A stretch of 64,000 nucleotides of DNA from Heterodontus francisci (GCF_036365525.1 NC_090382.1:90330574-90394573), one strand, 5' to 3'; shown: positions 1 through 13,382, counted from the stretch's first letter. Numbers and translations: made by a program. The notes: a model not told the origin generated them from the sequence alone.

Positions 1-244
1 TCCAATGGAAACTGATCAGCAATCTCAGACTAATCTAAAAGAGGAGGAGGTATACGTAGCTTGCATAGTCTTGCTTTTAGTGAACTGTTTCATGAACAAT
101 GTTTATGTCTGATACTCATTTTGAATTCTTGCCAATTTATGCAATTTGGGAAGTGAAACCATTCATCATAAAATTGTAATATTGGAAGTATTAATTCAGC
201 AGTAGTATAAAAGCAAAGTACTATGGAAGTTGGAAATCTGAAAG

Positions 245-340
245 AGTTCTGATGACGGTCACAGACCTGAAACTTTAACTTTGTTTCTCTCTCCACATAT
301 GCTGCTAGGCCTGAGTATTTCCAGCATTTTTGTTTTTAAT
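245..340 (+). mobile_element. Penelope-like terminal repeat fragment with degenerate hammerhead motif
   Basis: gagttCTGATGAcggtcacagacctGAAActttaact...gctgctaggcctgagtatttccagcatttt matches the repeat at 19180-19310 that is linked to a GIY-YIG fragment. Confidence 0.7.
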
Positions 341-963
341 TCGGCAGTAGTGTTAAGGGGCTCTCACCCGCTCCACCATCAACACCTGACAACCAACCTG
401 CCTCTCCCTCAAAGCTACTGTGCATCTTCCCTACCTGAAAGAATGGACTAAATATCAACTTTTAGGCCTTGTGTCCATTGGTGCATGATTGTTTAGCTCT
501 CTGATTTTCCTTCCCTCTCCTAGAGGGATGTGACTGGTCTCTAATTGTCCACAGCAACAGCATTGGAAACTGAGTTGGTTAATATGGATAGAGACACACG
601 TCCTGCAAAACTAGTACTGAGTTTTTAACAAGTGATGTGCTCACGGCTGAGGCTTCAGTACTGCCAGTACTTTATCCAGCAAAGATTTATAGACATAAAC
701 CAACATTTTGTTTTGTGATTTTCATACCTCATGAGTGTCGGATCTGTGCTGTCACTAGAGAGAGCTTCAGGGGTGATGGACCATGAGGGAGACAGAATTG
801 AATTGTCAGTTTTGCTGGATCAGTCTTCTGAATCTTTGTCAGATATAAAGCGATCTGTTGCTCATGCTCCTACCTCCCCTACCCTCAAAAAAAGCAGCTA
901 CTAGTTTATATTGTAGTGTTTAATAAATGATGGATTGTGGAACTAACACATTTTTCTTTTCAG

Positions 964-1065
964 AGTAAGATGCAAATTGACCAGCAAGAAGAACCAGCTC
1001 ATGGGGATGGTAATCACCCACCAGGATCAGCAGAAAGTCAGAAAAATGAAATTGATGAAATGGAG
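964..1065 (+). CDS. HSPA4: HSPA4 (Hsp110/Apg-2) internal exon, acidic loop: SKMQIDQQEEPAHGDGNHPPGSAESQKNEIDEME
   Basis: tttttcttttcag acceptor, GAG|gtaaat donor, 102 bp; resembles KMQVDQEEP...EEME of mammalian HSPA4 (from memory); in frame with next exon. Confidence 0.85.
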
Positions 1066-1242
1066 GTAAATTTGTAGTTTAGCTTTTCCTGTGATTTTAA
1101 AATAGTGTCATTAAGGATTGTCCCAGTGATCATTAAAGGATTAATGGACCCTTCAGAGCATTCATTATGATAAATCTCTGCACTTGAGCAGTTTTCTATA
1201 ATTTCCTTTAGAAAGCTTCTCTCAAGTGACCATTTTTATCAC

Positions 1243-3895
1243 ATTGAAGGTGATGGTGAACCTCCTTAAACTGTTGCAGGCTGTGGTGTAAGTACTTCAC
1301 AGTGTTATTAGGTAGAGGGGGTTGAGGATTTTGACCCAGTAATGGTAAAGAAATGGCAATATATTTCTAAATCAGGATGGTGTGTCACTTGGAGGGGAAC
1401 TTGCAGGTGATGGTGTTTCCATGCACCAGCTGGTGAAGAAGCCTTGGTGAGTTGCTGCAGTGCATCTTTTAGATGATGCACACTGCAGCCATGGTGTGCT
1501 GGTGGTGGGGGAGTGAATGTTAAAGTGGTGGGTGAGCTGCTTTGTCCTGGATGGTGTTGAGCTTCTTGAATGTTGTTGGAACTGCACTCGTCCAGCCAAA
1601 TGGAGAGTATTCCATTACATTCCTAACTCGTGCCTTGTTTGTGGTAGAAAGGCTTTGGTGAGTTACTTGCTGCAAGATACCCAGCCTCTGACCTCTTGTA
1701 GCCACAGTGTTTGTGGCTACTGCAGTTTCTGGTCAGTGGTGACACTACCCCCCTCCACCCCCCCACTGCTTAGACTGTTGATGGTAGGGGATTTGACAAG
1801 GGTATAGCTATTGAACGTCAAGAGGAGGTGGTTAAATGCTCTCGTTGGAAATGGTCATTGCCTGGCACTTGTGCGATGTGCATGTTACTTACCATTCATC
1901 AGCCCAAGCCTGAATGCTGGTCCCAGTCTTGCTGCGCATGGTCACTGATTGATTGCTTCACTTTCTGAGAAGTTGCAAGTGGAACTGAACGTTGTGCAAT
2001 TGCCAATGAACATCCCTACTTCTGACCTTGTGAAGGAGGGAAGGTCATTGATGAAGTAGCTGAAGCTGGTTGGGCTTAGGACACTGCCCTGAGCAACTCC
2101 AGCAGCAATGTTCTGGAGCTAAGATGATTGGTCTCCAACAACCACAACCATCCTTTGTGCGAGGTATGACTCCAGCCAATGTGGAGTTTTCCCCCAATTA
2201 CCATTGATCTAAATTTTAGTAGGGCTCATTGATGCCACATTTGGTCAAATGCTGCCTTGATGTCAAGGGTAGTCACTCAACTCATCTCTGGAATTCAGTC
2301 CTTTTGTCCATGTTTGGACCAAGGCTATAATGAGAATTGGAGCCAGCTGACTCTGGTAGAACCCAAATGGAGCATCTGTGAGCAGGTTATTAGTAAGTGT
2401 CACTTGATAGCACTCAACAACACCTTCTATCACTTTGCTGATGTTTGAGAGTAGACTGATGGGATAATGATTGGCCAGATTGAATTTGTCATTCATGTGG
2501 CAAACCTGGGCAATTTTCCACTGAGTCTGGTAGAGGCCAGTGTTTTAGCTGTACTGGAACATCTTGGCAAGTTCTGGAGCATGAAGTTTTCAGCCCACAG
2601 TCTTTGCTATAACTGTTGCACATAGCTGTTTATTGATATCCCGTGGAGTGAATCGAATTGACTGAAGACTGGCATCTGTAATGCTGCTGCCCTCAGGAGA
2701 AGGCCGAAATGGATTATCCACTCTGCACTTCTGTGTAAAGATGGTTGCAAATGCTTTGGCCTTGTCTTTTGCACTGATGTGCTGTGCTCCCCCATCATTG
2801 AGGATGGGAATGTTTGTGGACCCTCCTTCTGTTTTAATTGCCCACCACCGTTGACAACTGGATGTGGCAAGACTGCAGAACTTTTATCTGCTGTTGGTTG
2901 TGGGAATTGCTTTACTCTGTCAACCGCATCCTGCTTCTGTTTAGCATGTGTGTAGCCCTATGTTGTAGCTTCACCAGGTTGGCACTGCATTTTTACGTAT
3001 ACCCGGTGCTGCTACTGGCATGCTGTCCTCCCTGAACTAGGATTGATCCCCTGACTTGACCATAATGGCAGAGTGTAGGATATGCTGGGCCATGAGTTTA
3101 CAGATTGTGGTGAAATACAATGCTGCTGATGGCCCACAGAGCCTCATGGATGCCCATTTTGAGTTGCTAGTTCTGTTCTGAATTTATCCCATCTAACATG
3201 TAGTAGTGCCACACAACACGATGGAGGGTATCCTAAATGTGAAGATGGGTCTTCGTCCCCACAGTGATGGTGCAGTGGTCACTCCTACCAATACTGTCGT
3301 GGATGGATGCATATGCAACAGGTAGATTGGTGAGGATAAGATCATGTATGTTATACCCTTGTATTGGTTCTTTGACCACCTGCTGTAGGTCCAGTCTGGC
3401 AGCAATGTCCTTCAGGATTCAGCCAGCTCAGTCAGTAGTGGTGCTACTGAGCCACTCTTGATGGATATTGACCCATCCAGAATAAATTCTGTTCTTCCAA
3501 TGCTTTTTCCAAGTGGTGTTCAACATGGAGGAGTACTGATTCATCAGCTGAGGGAGGGTGGTAGGTAGTAATCAGCCCATGTTTGACCTGATATGAGACT
3601 TCATGAGGTCAGGAGTCAATGTTGAGGTTTCCCAGGGCCACTCCCTCTTGTATATATACTACTGTGCTGCCACCTCTGGTGGGACAGGACATACCCAGGG
3701 ATGGTGATGGAGGAGTTTGGGACATTGGCTGTAATGTATGATTCTGAGAGTATAATTGTCAGGCTGTTGTTCGGCCAGTCTACGACAACTGTCCCAAGTT
3801 TGGCACAATTCCCTGGATGGTTATGAAGGTCGACTGGGCTTTGTGTTTGTCGTGTCCAGTGCCTAGGTCAATGCCTGATGGTCCACTTTGATTCT
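1243..3895 (-). mobile_element. Degenerate non-LTR retrotransposon, LINE family B (Jockey/CR1-group EN-RT; exact clade unresolved)
   Basis: ORF fragments NHYPISLLSNISKVIEG, ALVQTWTKGLNSR, KARVRNVMEYSP; collinear with the copy at 28640-31575. Confidence 0.85.
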
Positions 3896-3964
3896 TAATT
3901 TAATTTGGGATGACTAATTTTGCAATGCTACTTTTTAAAGTTAGGATTTGTTTTTTTAAAATAA

Positions 3965-6900
3965 TCACAATCATAGAATCACAGAATTGTTACAGTGCAG
4001 AAGGAGGCCATTCGCCCCATCGTGTCTGCACCAGCTCTCTGAGCAATTCACCTAATGCCATTCCCCTGCCTCCTCCTTGTAACCCTGTGTATTCTCCCTT
4101 TTGAATGCTTTGATTGATCCTGCCTCCACCACACATGCTCGGGCAGTGCATTCCAGATTCTTAAGGGGGAGGGGGAGCAGCCAGAGGTCGTGGCACATAT
4201 CGGTACCAATGACATAGCTAGGAAAAGGGATGAGGACCTGAAAAGCGAATATAGGGAGTTAGGTTGGAAGCTGAAAGGCAGGACGAGCAGAGTAGTAATC
4301 TCAGGATTGTTACCGGTGCCACGTGCTAGTGAGGCTAGAAACAGGGAGTGAGTGCAGCTGAACACGTGGCTACAGAACTGGTGTAGGAGGGAGGGATTCA
4401 GATATGTGGATCATTGGGATACCTTCTGGGGAAGGTGGGACCTGTACAAGAAGGACGGGTTGCATCTGAACTGGAGGGGCACCAATATCCTGGGCGGGAG
4501 GTTTGCTAGAGCTCTTCGGGAGGGTTTAAACTAGTTTGGCAGGGGGATGGGAACCGGAGCTACGGATCAGTGGATGGGGTAGCTGTTGAACAGGCAGATA
4601 CCGAGTGCAGAGTGTCTGTGAGGAAGGTTAGACAATTGACATGACAAAGTTGCAGCCAGTATGATGGGTTGAAGTGTGTCTATTTTAATGCAAGAAGTGT
4701 CAGAAATAAGGGTGATGAACTTAGAGCATGGATCAGTACTTGGAGCTACGATGTTGTGGCCATTACGGAGTCGTGGATATCACAGGGGCAGGAATGGATG
4801 TTCCGGGGTTTAGATGTTTCAAAAGGAATGGGGGGGTGGTAAAAGAGGTGGGGGAGTGGCATTGCTAATCAGGGATAGTATCACAGCTGCAGAAAGGGAG
4901 GTCGTCGAGGAGGGTTTGTCTACTGAGTCATTATGGGTGGAAGTCAGAAACAGGAAAGGAGCAGTCACTTTATTGGGAGTTTTCTATAGACCCCCCCAAT
5001 AGCAACAGAGACATGGAGGAACAGATTGGGAGGCAGATTTTGGGAAGGTGCAGAAGTAACAGGGTTGTTGTCATGGGTGACTTCAACTTCCCTACTATTG
5101 ATTGGAACCTCCTTAGTGCAAATAGTTTGGATGGAGCAGTTTTTGTCAGGTGTGTCCAGGAAGGTTTCCTGACTCAATATGTAGATAGGCCGACTAGAGG
5201 GGAGGCTATGTTGGACTTGGTGCTTGGCAACGAACCAGGCCAGGTGGCAGATCTCTCTGTGGGAGAGCATTTCGGTGATGGTGATCACAACTCCCTGACC
5301 TTTACTATAGTCATGGAGAGGGACAGGAGCAGACGGGTTGGGAAAATATTTAATTGGGGGAGGGGGAATTACAATGCTATTAGGCAGGAACTGGGGAGCA
5401 CAAACTGGGAACAGATGTTCTCAGGGAAATGCACGACAAAAATGTGGAGGTTGTTTAGGGAGCACTTGCTGCGACTGCTGGATTGGTTTGTCCCGATGGG
5501 GCAAGGAAGGGATGTTAGGGTGAAGGAACCTTGGATGACGAGATGTGGAACAGCTAGTCAAGAGGAAGAAGGAAGCTTACTTAAGGTTGAGGAAGCAAGG
5601 ATCAGGCAGGGCTCTAGAGGGTTACAAAGTAGCCAGGAAGGAACTGAAGAATGGACTTAGGAGAGGTAGAAGGGGACATGAAAAAGTCTTGGCGGGTAGG
5701 ATTAAGGAAAATCCCAAGGCATTCTGCACTTATGTGAGGAACAAGAGGATGGCCAGAGTGAGGGTAGGGGCCGATCAGGGATAGTGGAGGGAACTTGTGT
5801 CTGGAGTCGGAGGAGGTAGGGGAGGTCCTAAATGAATACTTTGCTTCAGTATTCACTAGTGAGAGGGACCTGGTCATTTGTGAGGACAGCGTGGAACAGG
5901 CTGATATGCTTGAACAGGTTGAGGTTAAGAGGGAGGATGTGCTGGAAATTTTGAATGATATGAGGACTGATAAGTCCCCGGGGCCAGACGGGATATACCC
6001 AAGGATATTACGGGAAGCGAGGGAAGAGATTGCTGCGCCTTTGGCGATGATCTTTGCGTCCTCACTGTCCACTGGAGTAGTACCCTTGTTGTTCCCTTGT
6101 TCAAGAAAGGGAATAGGAATAACCCTGGGAATTATAGATCAGTCAGTCTTACGTCGGTAGTGGGCAAATTATTGGAGAGGATTCTGAGACAGGATTTATG
6201 ATTATTTGGAAAAGCATGGTTTGATTAGAGACAGTCAGCATGGCTTTGTGAGGGGCAGGTCATGCCTCACAAGCCTTATTGAATTTTTTGAAGATGTGAC
6301 AAAACACATTGATGAAGGAAGAGCAGTGGATGTGGTGGGTGCGTGGAATGCGCTGCCAGCGGTGGTAGTAGAAGCAGATACATTAGGGACATTTAAGTGA
6401 CTCTTGGATAGGTACATGGATGATAGTAGAATGAAGGGTAGGTAGTTAGTTTGATCTTGGAGTAAGTTAAAGGTTTGGCACAACATCATGGGCCGAAGGG
6501 CCTGTACTGTGCTGTTCTATGTTCTAACCACTCGCTATGTGAAGAAGTTTTTCCTCATATCGCTTTTGGCTTCTTTTGCCGATCACTTGAAATCTGTGCC
6601 CTCTCGTTCTCAATCCTTTCATGAGTGGGAACAGTGTTTCCCTATCCACTATGTCCAGATCCCTCATGATTTTGAATATCTCTATCAAATGTCCTCTTAG
6701 CCTTCTCTCCTCCAGGGAAAACAGTCCCAACTTCTCCAATCTGTTTTCATATCTAAAGTTCCTCATACCTGGAACCATTTTCGTGAATCTTTTCTGTACT
6801 CTCTCCAATGCCATCACATCTTCCCTAAAGTGTGATGCCCAGAACTGGATGCAATACTCCAGCTGAGGCCGAACTAGTTTAACATAACCTCCTTGCTCTT

Positions 6901-7378
6901 ATACTCTATACCCCTATTAATAAAGCCCAGGATACTATATGCTTTATTAACTGCTCCCTCAGTCTGTCCTGCCACTTTCAATGACTATGCACATACCCCC
7001 AGGTTCTTTTGCTCTTGCACCCCCTTTACCCTTTCTTATATTGTCTCTCCAGGTTCTTCTGACCAAAATGAATGACTTCACATTTCTCTGCATTGAACTA
7101 CTTCTGCCACCTGTCTGCCCATTCCATCAACTTGTCTATGTCCTTTTGAAGTTCTACACTATCCTCCTCACAGTTCACAGTTGTTCCAAGTTTCATGTCA
7201 TCCACAAATGTTGAAATTGTGCCCTGTACGCCAAGGTCTTGGTCATTAATATATATCAGGAAGCGTGTGTCCCAACACTGAACTCTGGGGAACTCCACTA
7301 CAAGCCTTCCTCCAGCCTGAAGAGCATCCATTAACCACTACTCTGTTTCCTGTCACTGAGCCAATTTCGTATCCATTG
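3965..7378 (-). mobile_element. CR1 LINE 3' part (3965-4160 and 6527-7378), interrupted by another CR1
   Basis: ALERVQKRFTKMVPG...LGLFSLEERRLRG ORF (6524..6817); ttccagatt|accactcgc rejoins across the insert; 3' tail near 3970. Confidence 0.8.
4158..6526 (+). mobile_element. CR1 LINE: ORF1 esterase C-terminus, APE endonuclease, RT with ~1 kb internal deletion, 3' tail
   Basis: HWDTFWGRWDLYKKDGLHLN (ORF1), VVMGDFNFP / LDLVLGN / DHN (EN), KSPGPDGIYPRIL, QHGFVRGRSCLT; tail gttctatgttcta. Confidence 0.92.
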
Positions 7379-7684
7379 CAGGGTAGAACTTCTGCAACTT
7401 ACCAGGGCTTTCATATTCAGTATGGGTAATCTGGGTGCCTGCATATTCTGCTCCTGCAGTGTGACCTTTTTTTTTAAATATACAGGTGAGGCATTTTGTT
7501 GCCTCATAGTGTGAAAGCCATAATTTCTAATGCAGGCTTTACCAGCTACAAATCTCAGATGCTAATTATGCAGTGGTGCAAATGATGGTAACTGCCTCCC
7601 ATTCCTCTGCTGCCCCCTCCCCTTTTCCCCCACTGCCCTGCATTCTTTACTGATACCATCTGTCATCCTCCTTCAAACAATAGT

Positions 7685-7935
7685 GCATTTATTTAGCTCC
7701 TTTAGTGTAGTGAAATGTCCTAAGGCATTTCATAGGATTGGTCAAAATTTGACATTGAGTCACATAACAAATTTAGGGACAGGTGACCAAAAGCTTGGTG
7801 AAAGAAGTAGGTTGTAAGGAGCTTCTTTGCTTGGAGACTTAGAGAGAGAATTCAGAGGATGGGCCAAGGCAGCAGAAGGTATGGCTGCCAATGGTGGGAC
7901 AAAGAAAATCTGGGATGCCTGTGACCAGAAGTGGA
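7685..7935 (-). mobile_element. L2-type LINE 3' fragment
   Basis: gcatttatttagctcctttagtgtagtgaaatgtcctaaggcatttcataggat resembles the tails at 14330-14425 (+) and 33350-33550 (-). Confidence 0.5.
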
Positions 7936-8712
7936 AGAACGCCAAGTTTTCGGAGGGTATAGGCAGTCTTGCTAAACTGCACAGTTGTGCAGCAATCTGG
8001 AAGGTACTGTGCAGGTTGCTCACAAATTATTCCCTGTAAGACACTATGTGGCTGTGCAAGAAAATTTGAAGCTACTGTGTATTGAAATAAACAGGCCGTA
8101 CACACAAATTTTTTAGAGGGAGTATTGATTGTAGGGCTGGAGGAGATTAGTGATAAGGATATTTGAATACAAGATTGAGACTTTTAAAATTGAGGCTTTT
8201 AGTCCACTACCTACTCCTCTCAGCCACTCTTTTTCCACCCAACAGGCGTTTAGTCTTCATCTTGCTCCTTAGCTGTTCCTTGTCCGCCACCACCTTTCCT
8301 CTCTTTGTTCATCTCCTTACTTTCCCTATCACTACATTGTCCTCACTGGCAGGACAAGCTTCCTTAGATGGTTCCATTATAAATGTAAGCTTTGGAATTT
8401 ATAATACGCAGGGAAAATTGGTGCAATCGGACATGTGATTTTTAATGTATTCTAGATGACAATATCAAGTGTATAACTTTGAAATGGGAACTGACTTATG
8501 TCTAAATAGTTTGGTCCCATAACCCCACTGCATCTGAAGACGCATGTAGTCTTTGTTTCCTATTTGCAGACCCATGGAGATGGACTCATCGGCTGTATAA
8601 AAGTGACTTTCTGTTTAACAGTTCTATTGATTTTAGAATACAATTTTTGGAAAATTGTTTATCATTGTATTGAACATGAAATTCTGGTTAATTGCTGCTT
8701 TATTATTTTTAG

Positions 8713-8868
8713 ACCTGTGATATGGCTTCAAAGGAAGATAAGAACAGAGACCAGCCTCCCCAGGCAAAGAAGGCAAAGGTCAAAACAAAGACTGTGGACC
8801 TACCCATAGAAAGCAATCTGCAATGGCAATTGGATCAGCAACTGCTGAATATATTCATTGAAACTGAG
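8713..8868 (+). CDS. HSPA4: HSPA4 internal exon: TCDMASKEDKNRDQPPQAKKAKVKTKTVDLPIESNLQWQLDQQLLNIFIETE
   Basis: tatttttag acceptor, GAG|gtagga donor, 156 bp; DQPPQAKKAKVKT..VDLPIE is characteristic of HSPA4. Confidence 0.95.
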
Positions 8869-9422
8869 GTAGGAAACATAATGCAGTCTTTACTCAATGT
8901 AATAGACAAACATCTAGAAACCAAAAATACAATAGAGTAGTCTGCACAGATTTCAAAATGGGAGGCTGTGCGTAACTAACCTTATTGAATTCTTTTGAAG
9001 AAATAATAGACAAAGGTAATAAAGTAGATACAAGATATTTGGATTTTCAAAGTTATCGCATTGTAGAAATGTGACTATGCTCAGCATATGGGGAATCGGG
9101 ACAGGTAGCAGAATGGATAGCAAGCTGGCTACAAAACAGAGAACCGAGTTGGGGGTTAAAGGTAGCTACGCAGATTGGCAACAGGTGAGAAGTGATGTTT
9201 CACAGGGTTCGGTGCTGGGACCCCTGTTTACAGTTTACATTTAATGATGTCTTGGGAATTAAAAGCACAATTTCAAACTTTGCAGACAACACCAAATTGG
9301 GAGGTGTAGTTAATACTGAAGAAGAACGCAACAAATTACAAGAAGTTAATAAATTTGCAGACTGGGTGTGTAATTTGCAAATGAACTTCAATTTATTTAA
9401 GTGTATGGTGGTGCATTTTGGT

Positions 9423-11600
9423 GTACGATACCCTCCCAAGCGCAATGAAAATTTTCCGATAATTCCTAAATTCCTCCCTCCATCCTCTGCACTGAGCAAC
9501 TTCTCATCCTTGGTGATTTCAACCTCCATCTCAATTCATGTTCTGGCTCCTCTAAGTTCAATGCCCTCTTACCCTCCCTAAATCTCTCCCTCCATGTAAA
9601 CTCCCCAAACTATATTCATGGCCACCCCCATGACCTTGCCATCTCGCATGATCTTGCTAGTCTCATCATGTCAATTACAGATAAGGCCATTTCTGATTAC
9701 TTCCTTGTATCACTCGCCACCCGCATCCCCCTTCCATACCCCAACCCTATCTCGTTCTGAATCTATCCCTAGGGGAAAGAATTCCCTCAATTTACTTAGA
9801 ACTGCATTTTCAGAATCCCAACTGTCTAGCCTTTGGTCTCCGTTCGCCACAACATTTCTGCAGCTACTGGTTTGCTCATTCGCACTCTTGCCTTCACCTT
9901 TGATGCCCTTGTCCCCAATAAAACCATTACCCTCTCTCACCCTGGTACAGCCCTCATCTCTGCTCGTTTAGATCCAAGGGACGCAGATTTGAAAAGATAT
10001 GGTGGACAACTAGTTTAACCATTCACTGCTAGATCTGGCTGGACCACATAAAACGTTATCGTGTTTTGCTGTTCTCCCTTGCTAAAACTGCTCATTATTG
10101 CAAGATCATCCGGGAATGCAAAGGTAACCCCTGTTGTCTTTTCCTTACTGCAGACAATCTTAAACCCATCTCCCCTGTTCTATCCATCCTCACCTCCAAA
10201 AATTAGTGCAAGGAATTCATAGTCTTCTTTGTCACTATCATGACCATCCGATCAGCTGCCACTGCTGTGTCCCTCCCATTCTCTAGCCCACCTGACCAAA
10301 CTTCTTCTAATGCTTCCACCTGCCCTAGCCCTGAAGTCGCATCTTTCTGTAGTTTCTCTCCTATCTCCCCTCATGTTCTCTCTGCGCTCAGGTCCATGAG
10401 ATCCACCTCCTGCTCCTTCAACCCTGAACTCCGGACCAGCCATCTTCTCCTCCTGGTCCCATATTAGCCAATATTGTTTAATGGTTCTCTCTCCAGGTGT
10501 TGTCTTGCTCTCCTTTTATATCTACCATCATCAACCCTCTCCTCAAAAAAACTAAACCTGATCCCACCATCCTTGCAAACTACTGTCCTATCTATGACCT
10601 GCCTTTCCTCTCCAGTTCTTGAACGTGTTCCTCCCAAATCCATTCCCATCTTTTCCTGGAACTCCACGTTTGAATCACTGCAATCAGACTTCCGCCTTGC
10701 CACAGTACGAAAACCGCTCTTATCAAAGTAACAAATGACATCCTGTGTGATTGTGGCAAAGGAAAACTTTCCCTCCTAGTCTTTTCATCCTGTCTGCAGT
10801 CTTTGACACGGTTGACCACACTGTTGTCCTCTTACCCATTGTTGTCCAGCTGTGTGGGACTGCTCACCTGGTTCCATTCTTAACTATCTAATCAGAACCA
10901 GAGTGTCACTTGCAATGACTTTTCTTCCTTCTCCTGCGCCATTACATCTGGTGTCCCCCAGGATCTATCCTTGACCTCATCTATATGCTACCCCTCGGCG
11001 ACATCATACAAAAGCACTTCATTGGTTTCCGCATGTACGCTGACAACACCCAGCTGTATTTCACCACCACCACTCTGAATTCCTCCGCAAAGTTATCGGA
11101 TTGCTTCTCTAACATCCAGAAATGGATGAGCAGAAATTTCTTCCAATTATTTGGAAGATTGAAGCCATTGGTTTCAATCGCTGCTCCAAATTCCTTGCCT
11201 AGCCACCAACTTCATCCCTCTCCCTGGCAACAGTCTGAGATTAGACCAGTCTGTTTCCAACCTTGGTGTCATATTTGACCATGAGATGATCTTCCAACCT
11301 CATATGCACAACATCGCTAAGACCGCCTATTTCCACCTCTGTAACATTGCCCGACTTTGCCCCATCTCACTTCACCTACTACTGAAGCCTTCATTCGTGC
11401 CTTCATTTCCTCTAGCCTTAACTATTCCAATGCGGTCCTGTCTGGTGTTTCGCAATCTACCCTCCGTAAAATTGAGATCATCCAAAACTCTGCTGCCTGT
11501 GTCTTAACTCACATCAAGTCCCATTCACCGATCACCCCTATGCTTGCTGATCTACGTTGGCTACTGGAAGCAGCGTCTTGGTTTTTAAAATTCTCTTCGT
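9423..11600 (+). mobile_element. Degenerate L2-clade LINE (EN and RT)
   Basis: C/T-rich strand; ctcatccttggtgatttcaacctccat (LILGDFNLH); MLPLGDIIQKH..FRMYADNTQLY; IQNSAACVLT...SPITPMLADLRWL. Confidence 0.85.
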
Positions 11601-12037
11601 CGTCATAGTGAGGTGAGAGTGACTGCCCTTGACATCAAGGCAGCATTTGACTGAGTATGGCATCAAGGAGCCTGAGCAAAACTGAAGTCAGTGGTAATTG
11701 GGAAAACACTCTACTGATTGGAGTCGTAGATAGCACAAAGGAAGATGGTTGTGGTTGTTGGAGGTCATTCAACTCAGCTCTAGGACATCACTGCAGAAGT
11801 TCCTCAGGGTAGTGTCCTTGATCCAACCATCTTCAGCTGCTTTATTCACCTTCCTTCAATCATGACGTCAGAAGTGGGGATATTCGCCGATGATTGCACA
11901 ATGTTCAGCACCATTTGCGACTCCACAGCTACTGAAGCAGTCAGTGTAGAAATGCAGCAAGACCTGGACAATATCCAGGCTTGGACTGATAAGTGGCAAG
12001 TAACATTCACACCACACAAGTGCCAGCCAATGACTAT

Positions 12038-13382
12038 TGTTACGACCAAGGCAGAAGTAATGCACTGTCAATTCAGTCCCACTACTCCACAGGTCATAGC
12101 ATATTAAAGTTTTCCCACCTGCTGGAAATTAGGCAAATTAAGTGATTTATTAACCTCCCAGGATAAAACAGACTAAACAAGGTATCTTTAATCAATAACA
12201 AATTAACTATTTATTAATAAACTAAATCTTAAACACTATTGATATAAACCTATGTCTAAAAGACTTTGTAACTTATTTCTCTGAACCCTAATGCACGCAT
12301 GCATGCATTCAAAAATCAACAGTTAACTGGTTTAAAAATGATGTTTCTTAGGAATAAATAAGTAGCTAGGTTGTAAGTGCTGGAGATTTATATTCCCAGT
12401 TGGTGAGATGTCCCAGAGTAGAATAATCAGATGCCACTCGAAGTCTCCAGGTGACTTCGATGAACAGACGAATGAGAGGTGATCTCATTGAAACCTACAA
12501 AATACTGAAAGGGGTAGACAAGGTAAATGTAGGTAAGAGATTTCCTCTGGTTGGGGAGTCTAGAACCAGGGGACATAATTTCAAAATTAGGGAGAAGCCA
12601 CTTAGTGCAGAGATGAGGAGAAATTCCTTTATTCAGAGGGTTGTGAATCTTTGGAATTCTCTACCTCAGAGGGCTATGGAAGCTTAGTCATTGAGTATGT
12701 TTAAAGCAGAGATTGACAGATTTCTAAATACAAATGACATAAGGGGATATGAGGATAGTGTGAGGAAAAAGGGCATTGAAGTGGATGATCAGCCATGATC
12801 GTATTGAATGGCGGAGCAGGCTCAATGGGCTGAATGGCCTACTACTGCTCCTATGTTGTTACTGACCCTAAGGGATAGGTGTTCAAAGCACTTGATTTGC
12901 AACAGGCATCACACAGTTCCTTCAACAAGGTGTATAGCAACAGGTCTATTTGGTTTTTAAAGTTTGTAGTCTTTCAGCAGAAACTTTACTGAGAATTCCA
13001 GCAAAGACAAACAGACAACAGTCACTTCTGAGGCAAAGATCTCTTAGAGTTTGGAAGTAAAAAAGGAATTTGCTACCTCCAACAATACAAACGTTCTTTT
13101 CCCAGAGGTTTTTTTTCTTGTTCAGACAATAAAACAGCCTGTAGCTCGTGGATTTTTCTGCTGAGATATAGACCACTTCTTCCTTCATGGCACGCTTTGC
13201 TGGTTTCTGGATCAAACTGGTTTAAGCCTGTCTTTTACACAGTCAAAAGTTACAATACCATATGAACTCCTCTCTCCTGTTGCCTAGGAGCCAGGTGCAG
13301 CTGCTGGCACACTGCAACTTAGTTTTTAAAGGTACACGATTTTTAAACAGAGGAGAAAAAAAAAAACAGGGGGTCCATGACA
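12038..13382. mobile_element. Solo LTR (Gypsy/Gmr1-like), containing a CR1 3' fragment
   Basis: TGTTACGACC...CCATGACA termini; flanks CTAT (12034-37) / CCAT (13383-86) = 4-bp TSD with one mismatch; host LINE rejoins across it. Confidence 0.78.
12465..12858 (+). mobile_element. 5'-truncated CR1 3' end inside the solo LTR
   Basis: RRMRGDLIETYKILKG...RVVNLWNSLPQ followed by ggctgaatggcctactactgctcctatgtt tail. Confidence 0.88.
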
